Of a DNA stretch of 64,000 nucleotides, positions 10,101-18,500 are shown piece by piece. The stretch covers positions 76,947 through 140,946 of the forward strand of contig JAUSJT010000001.1 of assembly GCA_030647485.1 (NCBI GenBank), read 5' to 3'. Origin of the DNA: a bacterium. Its GTDB lineage: Bacteria; Patescibacteriota; Minisyncoccia; Minisyncoccales; UBA10102. Both the position numbers and the translations under genes were made by a program. The stretch's first letter is position 1; the number at the start of each line of letters is the position of its first letter. The notes below the pieces were generated by a model, which saw only the letters and a program-made list of their open reading frames with translations, ran no database searches and was not told the origin of the DNA.

Positions 10101-11840
10101 GGGGAGTGCTTGAATTTTGCAGATGCGGATAACTTTGAGGCAGAAGGAACAAACGCTCAATTTCTGATTGCTCCGGGGGAGTATTTGGTGTACGGCAACG
10201 GTTCAGACACGGTAAAAGACCAAAGCGGCAATGCGCTTGTTGACGTTTGGGACGCAACTATTGGTCTTAATAACTCAAGTCCGGGAGCGCTTCAGTTGTA
10301 TGATCAAAAGGATTGCGTGAGTGCCGTGGTTGATGAGGTTAATCGGGCAGAAGGTGACTGGTTCGCGGGTAGAAATGAAAATCTCGGAACGGCAGAATCT
10401 CCAAATTGGATAAGGGTTTCTATGGAGCGCGTAGACGCAACAAAAGCGGGGTCAGACCCTGCTAACTGGGCAAAGAACAATATCATCAAATATAATGGAA
10501 GGGATGCGGCCAATAATTTAATAAACGGCACGCCGGGGCAAGCCAACAGCACTGTAACTTCTCCTACCACCATTGAAGCAAACATCGGGCTTAGGTTTGA
10601 CGAGTTTAGTACGATTACTCTTACACTTCTCGGCAGTCCTTATATTACCGTAGCTGGCATTACTGTCCCGGCGGAAAAAACTCTTATCGTAGAGCCAGGA
10701 GTGCGGGTGAAATTCCAGGACAATGCTGGCTACCTTACCGTGCAGGGAACCTTAAAAGCGCAAGGAACACAGGAGAGCCAGATTGCCTTTACCGTTACTG
10801 ATTTGGGCGCTGTTTGGTGCGGCATTAGAGTTATTTCACCCTCCACCGCTTCACAATTAGATTATGTGACCATTGATAAGGCCCAGAGTCTTACTGGCGG
10901 CGGAGGTTGCAATCAGAGCTTCATCACGTATGCGATGTACGTGGAGTCGAGCGCGGTTACCATAAACAACTCTGTTATTCAGACAGGTTCTGGCCATAGG
11001 AAGCTTTACTTAAAGAATTCCAACTCTATCATTAATGCTAGTACTGTGTCTGGAGCAACGTTGAACGCAGACTCCGTAGGCATATATATTGATGGAGGCA
11101 GTCCCACGATTTCTAATTCTACAATATCAAACAACTCTATTGGGATTTTTGTGTTTGGTACCGCAACAAATCCTACGATTACAGGAAACACTTTCAGTGG
11201 GAATATCTTTCCAATAAAGATGAGTAGCAACTCTGCAGCATTTTCAGAAAACACCGCAATGAATAATACGTATAACGGCATATTTATGGAAGGCGCAGTT
11301 TTTACTGACACTATTTGGCAAAAAGACAATATCCCCTATATCGTAAACAAGTTTACCGTGAATGCAGGATTCAAACTTACGATTCAGGCAGGGGTGATAG
11401 TAAAGTTCGTTAACACCCCCTATGCCGACTCTGGAATTACCGTGCAGGGAGCTCTTGTTACCCAGGGCACCGCATTAAATCCTGTAGTGTTTACTGGAAT
11501 AAACGACGCTACGACCTGGAAATGGATTTACCTTGCTCCAGGAAGCACAGGCTCCCAGCTCACATATACCACTCTCAAATACGGAGGGAATACGTATTAC
11601 AAAGCTGCTTTGTATGTGAAGCAAAGCGATATTCAGTTTTCTAATCTCACAATTTCTAACAGCGCACAGTCTGCAATCTTTTCCGATTCGGGCACAATAA
11701 CCGGATCTGGCGTGACGCTTTCAAGCAATCAGTACGGCTTCCATATGCAAGGAGGGAATTGTCCTGTCTTTACCGACATCCCTGCTATTACCGGAGGAGT
11801 AGCGTTTCATCCCTCTTCTTTTCCCTCGTGTTCGTTTTGA
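7200..11840 (+). CDS. Large secreted protein with three lamin-tail domains, Pro linker, FN3-like domain and right-handed beta-helix
   Basis: Repeated (V/I)(I/L)xE(I/V)AWMG...DE(W/Y/F)VEL.N...DLSGW lamin-tail motifs; poly-Pro; C-terminal parallel beta-helix repeats (GIYIDGGSPTISNSTISNNSIGI); true start may be 7248. Confidence 0.8.
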   Translation: MIGRICVTRFKIGQSSMLHRTILCVFLIFGFVLPSLVFAQSENDFLLSEKDTKLIVNEIQKELSRIGGTIDILKYSSQQQAALTLLRSSARDIVLRFLPAFVATETIKVVFNLVSSLEKVSEVTIKEILDEIEKQTVEKAVAIGNAWLFQNEIKTGSGTIKHPKSGGNFQYVLIYKSTAESKADIIFEFYSPEQVDSPSFQGSMGTFSGSLGDSAYIGKVNPFVIHIETKVEKIGLGWVVDSSADTKITVEFPDKVPVLQLAKELPYPLEEQKIKLLNYWNTAKNILEYLRSLGSEAIGKTADFVYKAQEVVKSLITNTSQLFSKAGAGLVDPFSKESQQIDFIEAQLNQVKDVLDAKENEVKLSLAKDAKDEASPVENLIPLSFPQEQPILSPVESNIEEDELKLNEIKDEVREEPIPQVVVPELNQKLNEIKDKVKLSPTKFCAIDPTRGPALSSVILYEIAWMGSANSANDEYIKLKNISNSAVNLEGWQLQDKDNQIQIVFEKEHGILFQEIFVLERTNDDSLPGTQAHIIYVGALNNTDEALYLFDEKCVLRDKVVADPNWIAGDSSARKPMERGNDLGWHTLGSQNNTLQTMSNSGPAISGSPPLAPVAPKTYPKILISEVQIEGDGAKDEFVELFNPNNESVDLSGWKLMRKTSGGSDAYLVSSSGFSGTVGAYKYFLIVPQLNDDGTANYKGSAVSDLYYSGKTYSVAADNTVFLYNPNGQEVDRVGFGTSSYAEGTAPANPSSGSSLSRKYENSAYQDTDNNAQDFQVQGPSPKAVNPAPTPPPPPPPPPPAQDTTPPQATLQSLASSQSDVSLSLSWTAADPVGDVSPSGLQYIYVEYSVAPSVTGSFAQYNNNGVWTNWQIGSAGKLTLSPQTTSLSLRTQDGVSYTFQVTAKDVAGNTSTTSSAATAVTLLKTVVINEVAWMGTKASSSDEWVELYNASDEEIDLSEWSIYGADSGECLNFADADNFEAEGTNAQFLIAPGEYLVYGNGSDTVKDQSGNALVDVWDATIGLNNSSPGALQLYDQKDCVSAVVDEVNRAEGDWFAGRNENLGTAESPNWIRVSMERVDATKAGSDPANWAKNNIIKYNGRDAANNLINGTPGQANSTVTSPTTIEANIGLRFDEFSTITLTLLGSPYITVAGITVPAEKTLIVEPGVRVKFQDNAGYLTVQGTLKAQGTQESQIAFTVTDLGAVWCGIRVISPSTASQLDYVTIDKAQSLTGGGGCNQSFITYAMYVESSAVTINNSVIQTGSGHRKLYLKNSNSIINASTVSGATLNADSVGIYIDGGSPTISNSTISNNSIGIFVFGTATNPTITGNTFSGNIFPIKMSSNSAAFSENTAMNNTYNGIFMEGAVFTDTIWQKDNIPYIVNKFTVNAGFKLTIQAGVIVKFVNTPYADSGITVQGALVTQGTALNPVVFTGINDATTWKWIYLAPGSTGSQLTYTTLKYGGNTYYKAALYVKQSDIQFSNLTISNSAQSAIFSDSGTITGSGVTLSSNQYGFHMQGGNCPVFTDIPAITGGVAFHPSSFPSCSF

Positions 11841-11842
11841 AC

Positions 11843-11869
11843 TTGACAGGTATACTTGGTGATGTATGA
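11843..11869 (+). promoter_or_regulatory. Sigma70-type promoter of vapBC, short or no leader
   Basis: TTGACA at 11843 and TATGAT shortly before the ATG at 11879. Confidence 0.6.
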
Positions 11870-11878
11870 TAGTGATGT

Positions 11879-12139
11879 ATGGCCACCTCTTCACTAAGAA
11901 CTCAAATTATTCTTCCTAAAGCTTTGCGTCAAGAAATTGAACGGGTCCGTCGTTTAACCAGAGAAAGCTTAGGAGAATATCTTAGAAAAGCAGCCCAGGA
12001 ACGTCTTGAGAAAGAAAAAAAAAGAAGCGTTAATTTGGCATTGCTTGTACGCAAGATTGGAACGGTAAAAAAAAGTGGGTGGGAGAAAGTCAATGTTTTA
12101 GAATGGCAGCGTAAAATGCGCGAAGATCGCGACATATAA
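11879..12139 (+). CDS. Ribbon-helix-helix antitoxin (VapB-like)
   Basis: RTQIILP RHH beta-strand; small basic ORF directly upstream of PIN toxin. Confidence 0.75.
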   Translation: MATSSLRTQIILPKALRQEIERVRRLTRESLGEYLRKAAQERLEKEKKRSVNLALLVRKIGTVKKSGWEKVNVLEWQRKMREDRDI

Positions 12140-12148
12140 ACTGACTCT

Positions 12149-12523
12149 ATGCGGCTTCTGATTGATACGAACGTTTATATCCGAGCCCTTGCGGGGGGGA
12201 CACCAGACACTGCATTTCTGAAGAGAGCAGTACTCAATAAAACTGTGGTTTTTTCACCAATAGTGATAGCTGAATTTCTTACGCGTGCCCTGAAAGAAGA
12301 GCAAGAAATATTTGAAGAGATTATACAATCGTTTCCGATATTATCTATTGATGAAGAGACCGCCCGTATTGCCGCTGCCTACCGTAAGGCATCTCTTCAA
12401 ACATCGAGAACAAAGCTACTTGACTGTTTTCTTGCAGCTCAGGCAAAAATCCATAATGCAACCCTTGTCACGAATAATCGTTCTGATTTTCCTATGAGGG
12501 ACATTCGAGTCGTTACTCCTTAA
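12149..12523 (+). CDS. vapC: PIN-domain toxin (VapC family)
   Basis: LIDTNVYI, PIVIAE, DCFLAAQA, LVTNNRSDF PIN motifs. Confidence 0.88.
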   Translation: MRLLIDTNVYIRALAGGTPDTAFLKRAVLNKTVVFSPIVIAEFLTRALKEEQEIFEEIIQSFPILSIDEETARIAAAYRKASLQTSRTKLLDCFLAAQAKIHNATLVTNNRSDFPMRDIRVVTP

Positions 12524-12530
12524 TTGACGG

Positions 12531-12567
12531 AAAAAGAAAAAGGCCCGCGGCGTATGCCGAGGGTTTT
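12531..12567. terminator. Probable bidirectional terminator between convergent vapC and small minus-strand ORF
   Basis: A-run, GC hairpin CCCGCGGC-GTAT-GCCGAGGG, T-run. Confidence 0.55.
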
Positions 12568-12636
12568 GGGTTGCGTGGGAGCGACGGTGACTTAAGTCTC
12601 TATAAATGACTAGTTCTTTGGCGCGAGCAGTCTAGG

Positions 12637-12855
12637 CTAGCGACGGATGCGGATCTCATGGCGCAGAAAGGCGACCTTGCCGTCGACATCTCCCATCTGA
12701 AGAACGAAATATTTCAGTCCTCCTTCTACGGGGATTCCGTTGTCTTGTTCTTCTGGAAAGAAATCGACAACTCTCGCCGTACGCCCCGCGAAGGAGAAAC
12801 CCTCTTTAACGGTGGCCCAGCTTCCAGGCTTCTTACCGTGTTGATCCAAAAGCAC
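12637..12855 (-). CDS. Small hypothetical protein (possible SH3/KOW-like beta barrel)
   Basis: Own TTGACA-17-TATAGA promoter on minus strand and GGGGGTG SD; start GTG or TTG uncertain. Confidence 0.55.
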   Translation of the reverse strand: MLLDQHGKKPGSWATVKEGFSFAGRTARVVDFFPEEQDNGIPVEGGLKYFVLQMGDVDGKVAFLRHEIRIRR

Positions 12856-12922
12856 ACCCCCTATATCTACATGATTACGCTACGCTGACTCTTCTATATT
12901 CCAAGGCAACTGTTTTGTCAAT

Positions 12923-12949
12923 CCCCACACTCATATTTGAGTAGTGGGG
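12923..12949. repeat. REP-like hairpin, CCCCAC..GTGGGG family
   Basis: CCCCACACTCATATTTGAGTAGTGGGG; related copies at 19955, 26746, 39304, 39337. Confidence 0.75.
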
Positions 12950-12968
12950 GTCAACTGTGGAAAACAAG

Positions 12969-12999
12969 AAGCTCCTGCGCGGGGGAGACGCAGGAGCTT
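12969..12999 (-). terminator. Intrinsic terminator for minus-strand small ORFs
   Basis: AAGCTCCTGCG..CGCAGGAGCTT 11 bp stem, T-rich tail on minus strand. Confidence 0.65.
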
Positions 13000-13012
13000 G
13001 GGTACCGCTCAC

Positions 13013-13174
13013 TTAGTTGATCGAGAACCTATTAATAACTACCACTCGGGCCGTGACGTCATCTTCGTAGACGACAGCAAGACCCGGGTCTTCAAGGTCC
13101 TTCAGAGTGAAGGTTGGGTACGTGTCGGCGTTGATGATGATGAGTCCCTTGATCCTTATCTTTGTCTCTTGCAT
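13013..13174 (-). CDS. Small hypothetical protein, 53 aa (MQETKIRIKGLIIINADTYP...), not in ORF track
   Basis: GGAGGT SD 5 nt before ATG; ends just before terminator; overlaps tail of upstream ORF. Confidence 0.5.
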   Translation of the reverse strand: MQETKIRIKGLIIINADTYPTFTLKDLEDPGLAVVYEDDVTARVVVINRFSIN

Positions 13175-13319
13175 CGATTACCTCCGTTTTCCGGAATCGG
13201 TGGTTCATGAGGGGATCGCCGAGGTTGACGACAACTTCGTCGTTTTCCTCGGCAACCACTTTTCCTATCGCCCCGTGTTTTTGACTCCACGGAGCATTTA
13301 CCTGGACAAATTCGTCCAT
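13092..13319 (-). CDS. Small hypothetical protein (KOW/SH3-like: VQVNAPWSQKHGAIGKVV)
   Basis: Consensus TTGACA-16-TATAAT promoter (13382-13355, minus) and purine-rich SD before ATG 13319. Confidence 0.55.
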   Translation of the reverse strand: MDEFVQVNAPWSQKHGAIGKVVAEENDEVVVNLGDPLMNHRFRKTEVIDARDKDKDQGTHHHQRRHVPNLHSEGP

Positions 13320-13437
13320 AAGTTTCTTCCTTTCCCCCTGCAAATCTAGCTTTCATTATACACGTCTTCTTCATTTTGTCAATACCTCACAACACTTTGA
13401 CCTATCTCCTTGTTTTTGATATACTCTCTTTTAGGTT

Positions 13438-14037
13438 ATGAACCACGATTTTTTCATTAAACTTACCCTAGGAGCGTATCGGGTAACAGATCTTTTGCCC
13501 CCAGCAGAGCATGCAAAAGCAGAAATAAGGAGTCTTGCCAATGCCGTATTGGTTAACCTCATCCTTTTTTCTGAAAATAACCCAATAACCTCCGAGCAAA
13601 GAAAATCTCTTATCCCAAAGATACAGGAAGAGATAGGCTCTTTGGTTGGGTATGTTATTGGTCTCAAAAGCAACAGCAAGATTGAAACAAAATATCTCCT
13701 CATTCTTGAGAAAGAATACCAGAAGATTGCGCAATGGCTTGATGAGCAGTCCTTCGACCCTTCGACAGAGCTCGGGGCTCAGGGCAGGCAGGCCCAGGTT
13801 TCTGTTCCCGTCGAGGTTCCTCAAAAGAAAGAAGAAGACGGTTCTCTTTCAGAGCGCCAGAGGAAGATTATGGGCATTTTACAGAACAAGGAAAAAACCC
13901 AGGTCTGGGAGCTCCAAAAGGTTCTTACAGAGGTTACCAAGAGAACTCTCCGAAGAGACCTCGATGATCTCTTGCAGCACAACCTTATTGAGCGGAAAGG
14001 GGAGTGGAACGCGGTATTCTACCGCATGAAACAATAA
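13438..14037 (+). CDS. Four-helix-bundle-like N-terminus fused to DeoR-like winged HTH
   Basis: N-term LTLGAYRVTDLLP..IR; C-term LSERQRKIM..VTKRTLRRDLDDLL...IERKGE. Confidence 0.75.
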   Translation: MNHDFFIKLTLGAYRVTDLLPPAEHAKAEIRSLANAVLVNLILFSENNPITSEQRKSLIPKIQEEIGSLVGYVIGLKSNSKIETKYLLILEKEYQKIAQWLDEQSFDPSTELGAQGRQAQVSVPVEVPQKKEEDGSLSERQRKIMGILQNKEKTQVWELQKVLTEVTKRTLRRDLDDLLQHNLIERKGEWNAVFYRMKQ

Positions 14038-14063
14038 AACTGTGGAAAACTAGTGGATAAAAC

Positions 14064-14126
14064 TAGGACAAGCAGTTTTTTAAGTAGGACATTGCACAAT
14101 ATTGAAATTTGTCCTAGTATGTCCTA
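14064..14126. promoter_or_regulatory. Operator-like array: TAGGACA x2 followed by TGTCCTA x2 upstream of ECF sigma gene
   Basis: TAGGACA at 14064 and 14085; TGTCCTA at 14110 and 14120. Confidence 0.55.
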
Positions 14127-14134
14127 ATATCTCT

Positions 14135-14638
14135 ATGACAGATGAGATCCAAGACAATTTTAGCAAAATATATGACCAGTACGTCGCCAAGATCTACAGG
14201 TTCATATACTTAAAGGTAAGCTCCCAGGAGGTAGCAGAAGATTTGTCTTCGGAGGTGTTTATGAAGACGTGGGAGACGTACCGATTAGAAAGCACAAAAA
14301 TTGAGAATATTCAGGCTTATATCTACCAAATAGCCCGGAATGTGGTTGCTGACCATTACAGGACAAGGAAGATTAAAATAGTCTCCGTAGAAGAGACGAT
14401 TGATATCGTAGACTCGGCAGATTCCCTTGAAGACCAGGCAGTGCTTAACCTGGAAATGGACAGGGTTCAGAAGGCCTTGGCAACCATACAGGACGACTAC
14501 CAGAACCTTATCATTTGGCACTATCTAGACGAGCTTTCTGTGCCTGAAATAGCCCAGATTACAGGCAAAACCGAGGAGAACGTTAGAGTAGGCATACACA
14601 GGGCGCTCCAGGCTCTAAAGGGCAAGGTAGAGGTATAG
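14135..14638 (+). CDS. ECF RNA polymerase sigma factor
   Basis: Region 2 (IYRFIYLKV..AEDLSSEVF..AYIYQIARNVVADHYR) and region 4 (LSVPEIAQITGKTEENVRVGIHRA). Confidence 0.92.
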   Translation: MTDEIQDNFSKIYDQYVAKIYRFIYLKVSSQEVAEDLSSEVFMKTWETYRLESTKIENIQAYIYQIARNVVADHYRTRKIKIVSVEETIDIVDSADSLEDQAVLNLEMDRVQKALATIQDDYQNLIIWHYLDELSVPEIAQITGKTEENVRVGIHRALQALKGKVEV

Positions 14639-14673
14639 GTGTAATAGAATCCCTTATTTTCCGACATAATACT

Positions 14674-15396
14674 ATGATGGACGAGAAAGAGCTTACAACT
14701 AAACTTTCTCTGCTCAAAAACATCAAGCCCAGAGAGAACTGGGTGATTTTTGCTAAGAGCCAAATCCTTAGCCTGGCTAAGGAGGAGGTACGCAGAAGCT
14801 GGATAGAAGATGTTTTTGCGACAGTATCGTTTCTCCGATATATGACAAAACCTGCTTATGTCCTACCCCTTCTTCTTGTCTTTGTGCTTGGAGGAGTAAC
14901 ACTGCAGGCCTCCAAGAACAGCCTTCCAGGAGACGCGCTTTTCACTGTTAGATCTATCTTTGAGAAAGCTACATTAAACAACCTGGAATTGGTGCAGAAA
15001 AGAATGGGAGACTTGCAGAAGATAGCGCAAGAGAACAAGGTGAGAAATCTCTCTGAAACCGTTAAGGAATTTAAGGAGAATGTGGGTAGGGTTTCCAGGA
15101 ACATAGCCCTGCTTGTGGATAAAGAGCCTGGCAAGGCTTTACAGGCAGGCTTGGAGCTTGTACAATTACAGAAAGACAAAGCTGCCATAGAGCAGATTTT
15201 GGGTACTGCCCTTGATGGAGACACCGAGAAAGAATTAAAGAGCGCCACGAAATACCTGGTTGAGAATGAATTGGAGGATCTTCTGACCAGAACGCTGACA
15301 GACGAACAGAAGAAATTGCTTGAAGAAGGAATCATTGCGTATCAGGTAGAAGATTATGAGTCGGCATTAGAAGCCGTATGGAAGATTTCTAATTAA
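14674..15396 (+). CDS. Probable anti-sigma factor (single TM, DUF5667-like SLPGDALF motif)
   Basis: Directly downstream of ECF sigma; N-terminal LKNIKPR, TM helix, SLPGD.L(F/Y) motif, helical C-terminus. Confidence 0.65.
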   Translation: MMDEKELTTKLSLLKNIKPRENWVIFAKSQILSLAKEEVRRSWIEDVFATVSFLRYMTKPAYVLPLLLVFVLGGVTLQASKNSLPGDALFTVRSIFEKATLNNLELVQKRMGDLQKIAQENKVRNLSETVKEFKENVGRVSRNIALLVDKEPGKALQAGLELVQLQKDKAAIEQILGTALDGDTEKELKSATKYLVENELEDLLTRTLTDEQKKLLEEGIIAYQVEDYESALEAVWKISN

Positions 15397-15507
15397 GAAT
15401 ATGGAACCGTCGCCTCAGGCGACTGGAATAAAAACAAGAGAAAACATTCAAAGGTCGAAACCAAAAGGTAAAAGTCAAAAATAAAAGTAAAAATCTTTAA
15501 AGTAAAA

Positions 15508-18500
15508 ATGAGTAAATTAAAACAGACATTCGCAACTGTGACCATTCTGTCTGTGCTCGTTTGGGGCGCATTGCCTGGCGGAGTTACAGCTCTTACTTCT
15601 GCTGAACTCGAAGCCCAGATCAATGCCCTCATGGCGCAGCTCAATACGTTGCAGGGGCAATTACCATCAAGCACTCCATCAACTTCTGGAGCTCCAGCAG
15701 CTTGCGCGGGGATAACCTTCGCAAGGAGTTTAACTGTTGGCAGTTCTGGAACCGATGTGAAGTGTCTTCAAGCATTGTTAAACTCAAGCGCTGACACGCA
15801 AGTTTCAGCTTCTGGAGTAGGTTCTGCTGGAAATGAATCTCTGTACTTTGGCAATTTGACCAGAGCTGCAGTAGTGAAATACCAGAACAAATATGCTGCC
15901 GAGATTTTGACTCCTCTTGGCTTGAGCGCTGGCACCGGATTCTTCGGAGCCGCCTCAAGAACCAGGGCGAACACATTACTTGCAGCAGCCCCAGTTGCAA
16001 CAACCCCAACTCCGACCCCAACCCCAACACCGACCCCAACCCCAACTCCAACAACGGGTCCTGTGAGCGTGGCGCTTGCATCAGATAACCCAGCAGCAAA
16101 AACGCTGGGAGCAAGCTCTGCTTACAACACCCTTGTGAAGGTGCAGGTGAACGGAGGTTCGGCAGGAGCAAGCGTTACATCTGTCACGGTAGAGCGCTTT
16201 GGCCTCTCTGTTGATACGAACGTTGCAGGAGTGTTGATCGTTGACGCAAACGGAAACAGAAAAGGAAATGTGGTAACGTTGGCAACCAATGTTGCAACCA
16301 TTCCATTTACCTCAGATCCCATTGTAGTCCCAGCAAACGGTTCAGCTGTCTTTAGCGTGCAAGCGCACATGGCTGCTGGAGCAACAGCTGGAACTATGGG
16401 CTTTAAAGTAACCGCAGTTTCTGGCACCCCCTCAGGATTGCCTTTGATAGGTAATCTGAACACGCTTTCTGCAACCACCGGAATTTTGGGTTCAGTAACT
16501 GTTGGAACAGTTTCGCAGACAACCGCGTCAGTGAGCGTGGACATTGGCCAGACCGATTATGTTCTTACCAAGTTCCGCGTTACTGAAGGCAGCGGCAACG
16601 AAGACGTAAAGGTAAGCAAAATTACCGTGTTCCAGAACGGAACCGCGTCAGACGCAGACCTTACCAATTGGGATCTTGTTGACATTAACGGAAACGTTTT
16701 GGCAACAGTAGCCCAGGCAACCAGCAAGACAGTGGTATTCAATCTTGCGACTCCTTACGCTCTTGCAAAAGGAACCAACAGAGACCTTACGGTCCGCGTT
16801 GACGTTGCTTCAGGTAGCCAGAGAACCGGACAAGCGATTATTCAGAATGACTACGACATGCAGGTTACCGGCACCTCAACTGGCCTTGGCATTTTGCCAA
16901 CCGCAGTAGCAATAGGAGGGAGTGGCGACACTTCTTTCCCGGTTGGTGATATTGCTTCTGGAACCGCAGGATACAACCTCTTGACGGTAAATCAGGGGAC
17001 AATAACCGTGAATAAGTCTGGGACTTCTCCGTCTGGCATTGTTGGCATTGGGCAGACCAATGTCACATTGGCAGTATTTGAATTGAATGCCCAGGGTGAA
17101 GACATCCAGATTCAGAGAGCGGATATTTTCGTCACCGGAACTTCAGTGGCAGCAGACTTTGCAGGCACTGTAAAGTTAATGACCGACGCAGGACAAACAC
17201 TTTACAGCGTGGCAGCTTCTACCGCAGCTCTCTATGATGACGACACCGCGGGAACCGATGTGGTAACGTTTTCAACGTACTACACCATTCCTGCAGGAAC
17301 CACTCTGAAGGTAAAGCTTGTTGCAGACGCTTCCAGCACCATTGATGGAACTGACACCGCTATTGGAAACATCTCTGATGTGTACTTTAAGCGCATGACC
17401 ACCAATACCTATGGAACAGCATCTGCTGCAACCACTGTGGCAGGCAACACGTTGACAGCAACAGCGGCAACCCTTACGGTCGTGAGCAACGCCTCGGTAG
17501 GCGCCACAACTGTGATTGAGGGCGGAAGCAACGTATTGCTCGGTTCTTACCTGTTGCAGACCAGCTCTGCTGAAGCAGTGAATGTTTCCAGCATTGCCAC
17601 CAGGATTGCAAGGGCGGGAGCTAGCACAACAGTCATTACGCCAGTTTCCAACCTTAAGTTAAAGAGAACAGACACTGGAGCGCAGCTTGGAACCATTATA
17701 TCGGCTCCAGCTACGATAGCCGATGGATTCAGCACCAATACCTTCTCGGTATCTGGCCAGCTGAATATTCCAGCATCCACAACCGTGCAGATTGACTTGT
17801 ACGCTAACCTCTCAACCGCAGCTTCAGACGGAGGCACCGATGACACCTTCATTACAAGCATTGCTGCAAGCGTAGTAAGCGGTGTGGGAGCAATATCTGG
17901 CACTTCTATTACTGGACCTACTGCCGCAATAACCGGAAGAACGCTTACCGTAGTTGAAGGAGGAACCTTGGCGCTGTCTATTGACACATCAGGGGCGGCT
18001 TCTTCTCAATTCTTCACCTCTGGACTTGCCGGAGTTGAAATGGGAAGAGTAAAGCTTGCCGCAACAGTTGAGGATATGAAGATAACCAGACTTGTGTTGA
18101 GAAGCGTTAACGGCGCTGGAAACGTCGCCAACGTGAAGTTGCTTGGCACAGGCCTTTCATCTGATCCTTCAGTTCCTCTTACTGCTGGAACCGCAACCTT
18201 TACCTTTGCTGCGGGCTCCGAGATGACAGTTCCCGCATACTCAAGCAGAGTCGTTACCGCAGTTGTTGACCTTACTGGCTCTGGCACAATCATTGCCAGC
18301 AGGCTGGGAGTTCTTGGATTCGGCACTGCAGACGCCCTTGGGGCAGGATCAGGCCTTACCGTACAGGAAAGATTGACCGGAACCGTTGAGGTTGCCGGAA
18401 CCAACACCTTTGCTGGAGCGGCAGGCGACGTGGTGTACTTCACTGCTACCGCAGCTGCAGGCACCAACACCACTCCCGGATTCTGGATGGTGACCACGGT

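Noticed and set aside
16000..16052. Short tandem repeats (ACNCCN)n, also 26160-26300, 36330-36435 and poly-Pro 9565-9600
   Set aside because: Codon-aligned Pro/Thr linkers with varied third positions; ordinary protein-level low complexity.
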